DNA of 41,812 nt from Dehalococcoidia bacterium (GTDB taxonomy: Bacteria; Chloroflexota; Dehalococcoidia; Lucifugimonadales; UBA2985): contig CAUZSC010000002.1 in assembly GCA_963582505.1 (NCBI GenBank), positions 1-41,812 on the forward strand, read 5' to 3'. The notes beneath the pieces are model-generated. The model saw nothing but the letters and a program-made list of their open reading frames with translations. It was not told the origin of the DNA and did no database searches. Below are positions 19,803 to 28,402 of this stretch, piece after piece. Both the position numbers and the translations under genes were made by a program. Every line of letters begins with the position of its first letter. Position 1 is the stretch's first letter.

Positions 19803-19982
19803 TCAGTCAGCACTTTCATCTACTAGCAATCTAGTCACAGTACCAGCAACTACATCCTCTATAAATCTTAACTCTGCTGCTGTAAAAGGTATTAATCTAT
19901 CACCGTATCCACTACGCTCTCTAGCTTCAGCAACAGCATCTTTTGTTGCTTGACGTACTCGCTCTTCTGTTACTCTAGTCAA
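19803..19982 (-). CDS. Small hypothetical protein (59 aa, TTG start), absent from the ORF track.
   Basis: Translation: MTRVTEERVRQATKDAVAEARERSGYGDRLIPFTAAELRFIEDVVAGTVTRLLVDESAD. GGAGGA (19988-19993) lies 5 nt upstream of the TTG. A possible promoter is TTGTAC (20053-20048), 18 nt, TATAAA (20029-20024). I recognise no family. Confidence 0.35.
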   Translation of the reverse strand: MTRVTEERVRQATKDAVAEARERSGYGDRLIPFTAAELRFIEDVVAGTVTRLLVDESAD

Positions 19983-20063
19983 CTCTATCCTCCATTGCCA
20001 CTCTTAAATATAGTCAATAATTATTTATAGACCACTAATATCACTTTGTACAATAAGAACAAG

Positions 20064-20603
20064 TTAAGATCCTCTAGTCTGTTCTATTGTTATTTCACGC
20101 AGTCCTTCTGTATAGGTCTTTGGCCTTATCAAGTAACCACTGGAATGCGACCAGTCAAAATTCTTTTCCCGGCCTTCAGGAGCATCCCCAACTATAGCAC
20201 CCGGGATTCCCATTACCATTTTCCTTGCAGGTATTTTTGCTCTTGGAGCTACTACAGCACCAGCTGCAATCGTGCACCAGTCACCAACTTCAGCTCCGTC
20301 CAATATTACAGCTCTTATAGCAACCAAAACATGTTCGCCCAATGTGACGCCGTGGAGAATACAGCCATGGCCAAGATGTGAGTATTTACCAAGAAAGACT
20401 TTGCTACCATGTATCACTGCGTTATCTTGCAAGTTAGAATAATCTCCCATTTCTATCCTACCTTCATCAGCCCGCATAGTAACGTTTGGTCCTATCCAAC
20501 ATCCTTCCCCTATGACTACTTCTCCAATGATAACTGCTGTAGGATGAACATATGAAGTAAGTCCAATCTTGGGTATTTTACCTTGATATTCATATATAGG
20601 CAT
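20064..20603 (-). CDS. Gamma-carbonic-anhydrase-like / left-handed beta-helix (hexapeptide repeat) protein (PaaY/YrdA/CaiE family).
   Basis: The N-terminus ...GKIPKIGLTSYVHPTAVIIGEVVIGEGCWIGPNVTMRADEG.I.MGDYSNLQDNAVIHG shows the typical LbH repeat pattern and conserved His positions. Confidence 0.8.
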   Translation of the reverse strand: MPIYEYQGKIPKIGLTSYVHPTAVIIGEVVIGEGCWIGPNVTMRADEGRIEMGDYSNLQDNAVIHGSKVFLGKYSHLGHGCILHGVTLGEHVLVAIRAVILDGAEVGDWCTIAAGAVVAPRAKIPARKMVMGIPGAIVGDAPEGREKNFDWSHSSGYLIRPKTYTEGLREITIEQTRGS

Positions 20604-20642
20604 GGAATCTCCCTTAAAATATAATTTATACTATTCCCTTAG

Positions 20643-21680
20643 CTATGGTATATATACAATTTTACCTATAGCTTCATCTCTCTCCATCATACCTTGTCCT
20701 TTAGGCACATCCTTTAATGGAAGCACCTCCGAGACTACCGCTTTGATATCTCCTCTCTCTACAAAACTCAATGCATCCATAAGATCCGCCTTTGATCCCA
20801 TATGAGAGCCAAGCAGATTCAATTGTTTATTCCAAAGGAATCGAAGATCTGTATTTGCATCAAACCCAGTAGTTGCCCCGCAAACAACTATGGTGCCACC
20901 ATACCTTAGGCTCCGAACGCTATCTGGCCAAGTGGATTGCCCTACATGTTCAAATACTATATCAACCCCTCGCCTATCAGTTATGCGCCTCACTTCCTGC
21001 GCAACATCTTGCTCGTTTCGATTTATAGTAAACTCTGCACCCATTTCCATAGCCTTAGACAACTTTTCATCGCTAGAAGCAATTGCTATAGCCTTCGCAT
21101 TGAATAATTTACACACCTGTACGGCCATGGTCCCCAAACCACCTCCCGCTCCCCAAATCAAAACTATATCGCCTGCTCTTATCCGCGCACGAACAACCAA
21201 CATTCGCCACACTGTTTCCAGTATAAGCGGTAGAGAGGCAGCCTCTTCCCAAGATATATTAGATGGTTTAGGCACTAAATTCACAGATGGAATCTTCGCG
21301 TATTCCGCATGGCCGCCATCTAATGGGCCTGTTTGGAATCCCCATATCTTGAATTTTCTACAGAAAAATTCCTCTCCATTCGCACACGCTTGGCATTGTT
21401 GACATCCAATACCTGGATGAACCATAACCTCATCACCAACGTTTACGCCTTCTACTCCACTGCCAATTTCCACCACTTCTCCACAAGCATCACTGCCAGA
21501 TATATGGGGCATCAAAATCGATACTCCTGGCATACCTCTTCTAGCCCATATGTCAGTGTAATTTGCAGAAGCAGCCTTAATTCTTATTATAGCTTCCCTA
21601 GGCCCTGCTTTAGGTTCAGGCACGTCTATATATTTCAGTCTATCTATCTCTCCATGTTCATCAAATACAATTGCCTTCAT
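20643..21680 (-). CDS. Zinc-dependent medium-chain dehydrogenase/reductase (alcohol dehydrogenase / enoyl reductase superfamily).
   Basis: MKAIVFDEHG..., a GSDACGEV catalytic-zinc region, a structural-zinc Cys cluster CQQCQACANGEEFFC, and a GAGGGLG Rossmann loop. I place the start at the ATG at 21680, which is preceded by GGAGGG. The upstream ATG at 21698 would contain that RBS. Confidence 0.85.
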   Translation of the reverse strand: MKAIVFDEHGEIDRLKYIDVPEPKAGPREAIIRIKAASANYTDIWARRGMPGVSILMPHISGSDACGEVVEIGSGVEGVNVGDEVMVHPGIGCQQCQACANGEEFFCRKFKIWGFQTGPLDGGHAEYAKIPSVNLVPKPSNISWEEAASLPLILETVWRMLVVRARIRAGDIVLIWGAGGGLGTMAVQVCKLFNAKAIAIASSDEKLSKAMEMGAEFTINRNEQDVAQEVRRITDRRGVDIVFEHVGQSTWPDSVRSLRYGGTIVVCGATTGFDANTDLRFLWNKQLNLLGSHMGSKADLMDALSFVERGDIKAVVSEVLPLKDVPKGQGMMERDEAIGKIVYIP

Positions 21681-21711
21681 TATTACCCTCCAGTACACTC
21701 AACTACAGACA

Positions 21712-22434
21712 TCAATCTATTCTCCGTATCTCATCATCAATTTTTTGCACTCCTCTGTAATCTTCATCTTGGAGTCTATAGCAACGTTCTAAATAAAGTC
21801 GTGCAAGGTTATCCCCTTGTACATTCGACATGCTTGCAGCTTCAATTATCCGATCTATGCTAAAATTCTCTGGCATGTAATTTCCCAAAGATCGTATTTC
21901 TATTTCAGTCTCTTTTATCAATCTATCGTCGTAGCCTTCTGCTGCAAATCTCAGTTTCCCAGTCAAAGTAGATAACTCTCTAAGCCTATCAGCTTCGTTC
22001 ATAAATTCATAAAGTACGCTATTTACAATAGCTGCTGGCTGATCAGCTACAAAATTTAGAGATTCTTGATATATCCGTGAGTATTCCTGTTGGATGTCAT
22101 TGACAATCTGAAATAAAGACATAGGATCTGTGGTATCGCAAATCCCCCCATCCAATAGATCATCTTCTCTAATGTTAGCGAGGCTCTTCAGTCGATCCAA
22201 GCTATGAAACTCCTCGGGTATTGGTGGGAATGCAAAACATGAAAGGTCATGCAAAGACATATTTTGCATCTGTGGAGCGAACATAGGAGGCACATACTTA
22301 CTTACATCTACATTAAGGGGCAGCGTTATAAGATAAGTAGCTAATATTTGGTCCATATCACCCCTTTCCCTAAAGAATACTAGTGCGTGACCTTTAGGGG
22401 AAGTTGGTGAACCAATGTCAAAATTTAGATTCAA
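21712..22434 (-). CDS. Hypothetical protein (240 aa, acidic, no family recognised).
   Basis: A long uninterrupted ORF in the same orientation as its neighbours and packed tightly with them. The only in-frame start after the upstream stop is a TTG, with GGAG just 2 nt upstream (poor spacing), so the start is uncertain. Confidence 0.6.
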   Translation of the reverse strand: MNLNFDIGSPTSPKGHALVFFRERGDMDQILATYLITLPLNVDVSKYVPPMFAPQMQNMSLHDLSCFAFPPIPEEFHSLDRLKSLANIREDDLLDGGICDTTDPMSLFQIVNDIQQEYSRIYQESLNFVADQPAAIVNSVLYEFMNEADRLRELSTLTGKLRFAAEGYDDRLIKETEIEIRSLGNYMPENFSIDRIIEAASMSNVQGDNLARLYLERCYRLQDEDYRGVQKIDDEIRRID

Positions 22435-22494
22435 TACTCCATCTCACAATCTATCAGTGTAGTCATTATAATACTGCCTGCAAATACGAACTCA

Positions 22495-23145
22495 TCAATT
22501 GACATTATCCATCCTCTGCATAGCCTTCTTATCAATCTCTTTATCAATCCACGGCAATTCATTCCTAATCATTGCAAGAACCATGCCCAGACTGGCACTT
22601 ACAGAATCAGATTCAAGTACTTCCTGTTTCTGGGCCATTTTACTAAATATAACACTTGTAATATAACTAACCAACATGTCATTATCAGAAGGTATGTCTA
22701 TCTCTCTAGACCAACCCCCATTAAGCTTTATTATGCTTTTTGCATAAATCTCATACGTTTCCCGAATCAGGCTAATCAATTCTTTCGATTTAACATCATA
22801 CTCGGCATCTGGCATCGCAGTCACTCTAGCAACAATGTAAGGCTTATTCTGTTCTATTTCCAGAATGCGAAACCGTTTTTCTCCATTAACTGTAAGTTTA
22901 TAGTTCCCATTTTCCAGTTCCCGAATATCTTTTACAATCCCCAAAGTACCAATATCGAATGGGACTGCTGTTCCCCCAACTTCCCTACCTCTTTTTATTA
23001 ATGATATACCAAATTTATCTTGATCTTTATATTCCAGATCCTTTATCAAATTCTTATATCTTTCTTCAAAAATATTGAGACGTAGACTCATTCCAGGAAA
23101 AAGTACATTATGTAATGGGAATATTGGAATGCTGCTCTCAAACAT
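22495..23145 (-). CDS. Standalone LON N-terminal (substrate-binding) domain protein.
   Basis: IPIFPLHNVLFPGMSLRLNIFEERYKNLI is the characteristic start of the Lon N-domain. There is no AAA+ or protease domain. I place the start at the ATG at 23145 (GGAGAG 6 nt upstream) rather than the GTG at 23169. Confidence 0.75.
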   Translation of the reverse strand: MFESSIPIFPLHNVLFPGMSLRLNIFEERYKNLIKDLEYKDQDKFGISLIKRGREVGGTAVPFDIGTLGIVKDIRELENGNYKLTVNGEKRFRILEIEQNKPYIVARVTAMPDAEYDVKSKELISLIRETYEIYAKSIIKLNGGWSREIDIPSDNDMLVSYITSVIFSKMAQKQEVLESDSVSASLGMVLAMIRNELPWIDKEIDKKAMQRMDNVN

Positions 23146-23236
23146 ACTATTCTCTCCACGAGAATTCACTTAATCGTATAGTATCAAAAAACACCACCAT
23201 GTAACAATCAATAAGTTTACCTCAGCCCCACGCGAC

Positions 23237-23270
23237 AGGAGCGAGTCGCATAATAGTACAACTCGCTCCT
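23237..23270. terminator. Stem-loop after the DppC-like gene of cassette 1 (possible terminator).
   Basis: A 10-bp perfect stem AGGAGCGAGT/ACTCGCTCCT with a 14-nt loop. The T-rich flank is on the plus-strand side only, so its function for the minus-strand operon is uncertain. Confidence 0.4.
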
Positions 23271-23293
23271 CTTTCCTTTATATATAAAGCCTT

Positions 23294-24205
23294 TTACGAG
23301 CCGCGTAGCCTTGGGTCCAGCACATCTCGTATCGCGTCACCAAACAGATTAAATCCGTACACAGCCAAGGATATAGCTAATCCAGGCCATATAGCCATCC
23401 ACGGAGCAACACTATAGTAATCTCTGCCTCTACCTGACAGCATTCCACCCCAAGAAGGCTCTGGAGCTGGAATGCCCAATCCAAGGAAGCTCAGGGATGC
23501 CTCTGATATAATTGCTGTTCCTAATCCTGCGGTAGCAATGATAAGCCATGGTGCTACACACTGTGGCATTATATGCAACAGCATAATCCTAACATCAGTT
23601 GCTCCTATAGCCCTTGCAGCAAGTGCAAACTCTGATTGTTTCACGGATAGAGCCTGAGACCTAACGATCCTGTTAGCTCTAGGTATCTGAACTATACCGA
23701 TAGCTAGTACCACGTTATTCAATCCTTGACCAAGGCTAGCCATAATTGCCAAAGCCATAATCAAGGTTGGTATAGACATCATAGTATCCATTATTCTCTG
23801 AATAATTATATCCACCTTACCACCGTAGTATGCACTAGCCAATCCTATTAACCCCCCCAATCCGGAACCAATAGCAATAGCAAAGAATCCGACGTATAAG
23901 GAGATCCTGGCTCCGTGTACAATTCTCGACCACATATCCCTACCAAAGTCATCCGTTCCAAGCCAATAAGTCAAACTAGGTGCTTCTAATGCATCCCTAA
24001 AGTGCATTTTTAATGGATCATTAAATGTAATGATAGGTGCAAGCAGTGCTATAGACACCATTATTACAATTATGCCCCCACCCACAGCACCTAAAGGTTT
24101 CCGTTTGATAAAGGTAATAACACTTTTAAATATTCTACCAACTAGACTCTGAGGTCTACCGGCAGATCGTAATGCTGCTGATTGTACATCTTGTTCGGTT
24201 GCCAT
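23294..24205 (-). CDS. ABC transporter permease, DppC/OppC type (cassette 1).
   Basis: LGTDDFGRDMWSRIVHGARISLYVGF, an EAA-like region ALAARAIGATDVRIMLLHIMPQ, and a C-terminal FGDAIRDVLDPRL. Confidence 0.9.
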   Translation of the reverse strand: MATEQDVQSAALRSAGRPQSLVGRIFKSVITFIKRKPLGAVGGGIIVIMVSIALLAPIITFNDPLKMHFRDALEAPSLTYWLGTDDFGRDMWSRIVHGARISLYVGFFAIAIGSGLGGLIGLASAYYGGKVDIIIQRIMDTMMSIPTLIMALAIMASLGQGLNNVVLAIGIVQIPRANRIVRSQALSVKQSEFALAARAIGATDVRIMLLHIMPQCVAPWLIIATAGLGTAIISEASLSFLGLGIPAPEPSWGGMLSGRGRDYYSVAPWMAIWPGLAISLAVYGFNLFGDAIRDVLDPRLRGS

Positions 24206-24234
24206 CTAAATCACCTTCCTTAAACAACTTGTCA

Positions 24235-25197
24235 TTAGTCGTATCTAACCCTAGGATCAAGTACTCCATACGTAAGATCCACCATGAGATTAGCAAAAAT
24301 AATCCATACTGAGAAGAATGCCACCAGTGCCTGTACAATGTTATAGTCTCGCTGGTTCATAGCTTCTACCAAGAACCTGCCGATGCCAGGCAGTTGGAAT
24401 ATAGTCTCTATAATTACAGATCCACCTGCAATCAATGCAAAGCTGATTCCAATTATAGTCACAACCGGCAACAAGGCATTTTTCAACGCATGCCTCACTA
24501 CCACAATAAAATATCTCAACCCTTTAGCATGTGCAGTCCTTATATAATCTTGCCTAAGGACTTCCAGCATTGAGGATCGCATCATCCGAGATTTCGTAGC
24601 AGATGTCACCCATCCAAGAGTAAGAGCAGGGAAGATAAACATCTTAATATTAGCCCATGGATCTTCTGGGAACGAAACATAATCCAATCTTGGACTCCAT
24701 CCAAACAAGTATAAGCCTACAACTAATATCATTGTGGCAAACCAGAAGCTAGGTATTGATATACCTCCCAGAGACATAATTCGCAAGGTATAATCAATCC
24801 AGGTATCCTGCTTCAAAGCCATCATAATACCCACAGGTATAGCGACAATCGTAGAGAAGGTTATAGTCATAAGGGCCAATTCCATAGTCACAGGAAGTTT
24901 ACGCTTCCAGTCTTCGAACACATTCCCTCCGTGGAAGTAAGATTCACCCCAATCCAACGTAACCAAGCCGATCATCCAGTTAGTGTACTGGTTCCATAGT
25001 GGAACATCTAATCCTAACTGTACTCTTATAGCTTGTAAGGCGGCTGGATCAATCTCTTGTATACTCTCATCCCCTTGTGTGTAGACCATTAAAGCTACAT
25101 CACCCGGAGCGATTCTGAGAATAGCGAAGATAAGTGTACATACCATCCATACTGTAAGAGTGGCAAGCAAAAGTCGTCTTAAGATATACGCTTGCAT
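24235..25197 (-). CDS. ABC transporter permease, DppB/OppB type (cassette 1).
   Basis: YILRRLLLA...IFAILRIAPGD, LRQDYIRTAHAKGL, and a C-terminal LTYGVLDPRVRY. Confidence 0.9.
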   Translation of the reverse strand: MQAYILRRLLLATLTVWMVCTLIFAILRIAPGDVALMVYTQGDESIQEIDPAALQAIRVQLGLDVPLWNQYTNWMIGLVTLDWGESYFHGGNVFEDWKRKLPVTMELALMTITFSTIVAIPVGIMMALKQDTWIDYTLRIMSLGGISIPSFWFATMILVVGLYLFGWSPRLDYVSFPEDPWANIKMFIFPALTLGWVTSATKSRMMRSSMLEVLRQDYIRTAHAKGLRYFIVVVRHALKNALLPVVTIIGISFALIAGGSVIIETIFQLPGIGRFLVEAMNQRDYNIVQALVAFFSVWIIFANLMVDLTYGVLDPRVRYD

Positions 25198-25288
25198 TGT
25201 GACCTCCTATTTACGATCATTCAAATCATCAGTTAAAACTGACAACATTGTAATCAAAATTATAGCATTCGTCTACTGTTTTACCATA

Positions 25289-25326
25289 AAAGAACCCCCT
25301 CTTTATCGATAAAAAGGGGGTTCTTT
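25289..25326 (-). terminator. Intra-operon hairpin between the binding-protein and permease genes (attenuator or mRNA-stabilising stem-loop), cassette 1.
   Basis: A 12-bp perfect stem AAAGAACCCCCT/AGGGGGTTCTTT with a 14-nt loop, 25 nt after the binding-protein stop. U residues sit at the 3' side of the stem on the minus strand. Confidence 0.55.
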
Positions 25327-25350
25327 CTAATTCTATCGAACTATTAAGAC

Positions 25351-27288
25351 TTATTTGTCTTTCCAGTATCTCTCATGCATCCAAGCGTGTACTGAGTATG
25401 TACCATTAGCTGGCAGTATTACGCCCTTCATCCATGGCTGACCACCATAGATCAGCACTGTGTATTCCAAGGATGAGTCATAGTAGGCTACCTGTGACAG
25501 TATGTAGTCTATCTCTTTGGATATTCCCTGTCTCTTAGCTACATCCATTTCTTTATCGACATCGTCAATCAAACCATCTAATTTGGTCTGCAAAGCCGTG
25601 TCCACACCGGTTCTTTCACATGGGAACCCAACCTTCTGTGAGCTATAGTTTTCATACTTATGGCTTGGATCATATATCCATACAAGGTTTGCTGGCCAAG
25701 AAGTATGTGTATCGAAGTTACATGCAAGTGCAAGCTCCCTCTCTACAACACCTTCTTGTACGTTAAGATTAACCTTAGCGCCAAGGCTCTCTTCCCATTT
25801 AGCCTTACCATATAGGCAGAAGTCTACGTAGTTCTGCTCTGATCTTGTCAGACAGTTAATAGTTGGACGTTCACCACCAACACCGTAAACTTCATCAAGT
25901 AGAGCATTTGCCTCGTCTATGTCTTGCTGTTTAGGCTGACGATAGCCGTGCCATTGGTCAACTTCTTCTTTAGTGGCTGTCCATACGTCTCCCACTAACC
26001 AGTTGTTTGTAGCATATGCAGAATTAGGTATGCCAGCACTATCGTTAAGTTCTAGCCATTCCTGACGATCCAAAACCATGTCAAATGCCTGTCTAACCCT
26101 AATATCGTCAAATGGTGGCCTTGTTGTATTGTACTCTAACCCAAGTCCACCAGGGTGATTGAAAACGTACAAAGGTTTGTCTGGGAAGTCCCTGACTGCC
26201 TGTTGTACTTGTCCAGCCTGCAAGCTACCACTACCCTGACCAATAATGTCTATCTGGCCAGATGCCCAGGCTGTGAATGCAGTAGAAAAGTCCTTGATCA
26301 CGTGGAAGTGAGCCTGGTCTACCAAAGGAAGACCTTCTCTCCAGTAATCGCTTCTCCTTTGTATTTTGGTTACTACGTCCTGCTCAAGCCTCTCAGCCTG
26401 GAAAGGACCTGTACCCATGTTTATGTACCAGTTCTTTGTTCGTGCTTCTCCCGGATGCTCCGAAAGTGTCCACTCAAGTTGCTCTTTGTTCAACATAACC
26501 AGCGCTGGCAGAGCAAAGTTTGGCAGCGTCATTGCTTGCAAGTAGCCGAGCTTAACCACCAATGTATATCCATCTGCTCCATCAGGACATGTTACTGAGC
26601 CATGAATGTTAATTACCTCCATCAAGGATCCACGACTCATTCCACCCCTCTCAGCACCCCACTCAGGAGTACCCCACCAGTCAATGCTTGCCTTAGCATC
26701 TTCACAAGTGAATTCCTCGCCTCTACCAGGCATATCAGTCAATCCAAATTCATCGTCCTGAGGGATAGCATCACGGAACGTGATACCTTTCCTCAATCCA
26801 AATGTGTATGTTAATCCGTCATCAGAAATCTCCCAGGTCTCTGCTAGATCCGGGTGTATTCCTGCTTCAAATCCACCCCACGGGTCGTATCTAACCAAGG
26901 TGTTGTACTGAGGCTGTACATACAAATGCCTATATGTACTGTTACATGAAGCACAGTTGGATGTCTGTGGCCATACAGTTCTGTACTTAACTATTCCACC
27001 ATGTTTTGGCTCTCCCCATGCAGGATCATAATTAGGGTGATCCATTAAGCTAGCTACGGACGCGTAGTCCAAGCTAATTACTGGCACCTCCGTAGCAATA
27101 GGTGTTACTCCAGGTGCTAATGTCGCCGTAGGTGGCGGAACCGGAGTCGCTGTAGATGCTGGCTTCGCTGTAGCTGTAGGCGGAACAGGTGTCGGGTCTT
27201 CGCCGGCACATGCCATCGCCACTACCAACATTAATCCTACAAGGATTCCCAGTATCGGGCTAAGTTTCTTTAAAGGTTTTGTATACAT
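25351..27288 (-). CDS. ABC transporter substrate-binding lipoprotein, family 5 (peptide/nickel/opine type), cassette 1.
   Basis: Signal peptide with the lipobox-like VVAMAC, then a Pro/Thr/Ala-rich linker. The ~600-aa mature domain has the size and pattern of family-5 binding proteins. It is adjacent to DppB/C-type permeases. Confidence 0.8.
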   Translation of the reverse strand: MYTKPLKKLSPILGILVGLMLVVAMACAGEDPTPVPPTATAKPASTATPVPPPTATLAPGVTPIATEVPVISLDYASVASLMDHPNYDPAWGEPKHGGIVKYRTVWPQTSNCASCNSTYRHLYVQPQYNTLVRYDPWGGFEAGIHPDLAETWEISDDGLTYTFGLRKGITFRDAIPQDDEFGLTDMPGRGEEFTCEDAKASIDWWGTPEWGAERGGMSRGSLMEVINIHGSVTCPDGADGYTLVVKLGYLQAMTLPNFALPALVMLNKEQLEWTLSEHPGEARTKNWYINMGTGPFQAERLEQDVVTKIQRRSDYWREGLPLVDQAHFHVIKDFSTAFTAWASGQIDIIGQGSGSLQAGQVQQAVRDFPDKPLYVFNHPGGLGLEYNTTRPPFDDIRVRQAFDMVLDRQEWLELNDSAGIPNSAYATNNWLVGDVWTATKEEVDQWHGYRQPKQQDIDEANALLDEVYGVGGERPTINCLTRSEQNYVDFCLYGKAKWEESLGAKVNLNVQEGVVERELALACNFDTHTSWPANLVWIYDPSHKYENYSSQKVGFPCERTGVDTALQTKLDGLIDDVDKEMDVAKRQGISKEIDYILSQVAYYDSSLEYTVLIYGGQPWMKGVILPANGTYSVHAWMHERYWKDK

Positions 27289-27317
27289 TTAGCCATCCTC
27301 TCGTAGATTTACATTTG

Positions 27318-27346
27318 ACGGTAACATGGAGCACAATTTATGTCAA
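27318..27346 (-). promoter_or_regulatory. Candidate promoter of cassette 1.
   Basis: On the minus strand: TTGACA (27346-27341), 17 nt, TACCGT (27323-27318; this keeps the TAnnnT positions). The distance to the start codon is similar to that of the cassette 2 candidate promoter. Confidence 0.3.
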
Positions 27347-27373
27347 TGCATAATATTATGCATTGACATAAAT
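27336..27373. repeat. 38-bp perfect palindrome (candidate operator or cruciform).
   Basis: ATTTATGTCAATGCATAAT|ATTATGCATTGACATAAAT. I checked every one of the 19 base pairs by hand. It contains TTGACA on both strands (27363-27368 on plus; 27346-27341 on minus). Confidence 0.9.
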
Positions 27374-27378
27374 AATAA

Positions 27379-27412
27379 AAATCTCCTCCTAGCAACGTTT
27401 TGGAGGAGATTT
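27379..27412 (-). terminator. Intrinsic terminator after cassette 2.
   Basis: An 11-bp stem AAATCTCCTCC/GGAGGAGATTT with a 12-nt loop. On the minus strand it is followed by TTATTATTTAT. It lies 42 nt after the DppC-like stop of cassette 2. Confidence 0.7.
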
Positions 27413-27453
27413 ATGAAATCACTTGTATTTAATGGCTTTAAATAATAGTAGTT

Positions 27454-28365
27454 CTAAGTTCCTCTAAGCCTCGGATCTAGGACGTCTCTTAAGGCATCCC
27501 CGAACAGGTTGAATCCATACACTGATAGTGATATCGCTATTCCTGGCCATATAGCAAGCCAAGGAGCAATTGCGTAGTAATTCCTAGCATTGCCAGACAA
27601 CATACCACCCCAAGAAGGTTGCGGAGGTGGAATGCCAAGACCAAGAAAACTGAGGGAGGCTTCAGATATAATAGCTGTACCAAGACCTGCCGTAGCTATA
27701 ATTAACCATGGAGCTATGCACTGAGGGAGTATGTGCCAAAACATAATCCTGACATCTGCTGCACCAATTGATTTTGCAGCCAAGGCATACTCAGACTCCT
27801 TGACGGACATAGCCTGAGCTCGCACAACTCTATTAGCTCTAGGCATCTGTACGATACCTACTGCCAATATAACATTGATCAAAGACTGGCCCAGAGCGGC
27901 CATGATAGCAAGTGCTAGTATTAGTGTCGGGATGGCCATAAGGGCATCCATAAATCTCTGTATTATAGCGTCTACTCTACCTCCGTAGAACGCACTAACT
28001 AACCCCAATAAACCTCCAGTCACAGAACCCAATACAACTGCACCAAACCCTACCATAAGTGAAATCTGTGCTCCCAATACTACTCGTGCCCAAAGATCTC
28101 TACCCATCTCATCTGTACCCAAGTAGTGAGTCATGGAAGGTGCTTGTAGTTTTTCCCTTATGCTCCAAGCATTAGGATCGAAAAATGTGATAAGAGGGAA
28201 AAGTAGCGCAAGAGCAATCATAATAAGGATTATGATTGCACCCATAGCACCAAGCGGTTTCTTTTTTACAAAGGTAGCTAAAGACCCTGCCACTCGTCCA
28301 ACGAAAGTCTGTGGCCTGTTGGCCGCACGCAGTGTTGCTGATTGTATGTCTTGTTCAGTTGCCAT
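27454..28365 (-). CDS. ABC transporter permease, DppC/OppC type (cassette 2).
   Basis: Same length (303 aa) as the product of 23294..24205 and collinear with it, roughly two-thirds identical by eye. LGTDEMGRDLWARVVLGAQISL; FGDALRDVLDPRL. Confidence 0.9.
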   Translation of the reverse strand: MATEQDIQSATLRAANRPQTFVGRVAGSLATFVKKKPLGAMGAIIILIMIALALLFPLITFFDPNAWSIREKLQAPSMTHYLGTDEMGRDLWARVVLGAQISLMVGFGAVVLGSVTGGLLGLVSAFYGGRVDAIIQRFMDALMAIPTLILALAIMAALGQSLINVILAVGIVQMPRANRVVRAQAMSVKESEYALAAKSIGAADVRIMFWHILPQCIAPWLIIATAGLGTAIISEASLSFLGLGIPPPQPSWGGMLSGNARNYYAIAPWLAIWPGIAISLSVYGFNLFGDALRDVLDPRLRGT

Positions 28366-28402
28366 TTAAACCTTCTTTGATCTGAATAGGCTTCAACAAA
28401 CC

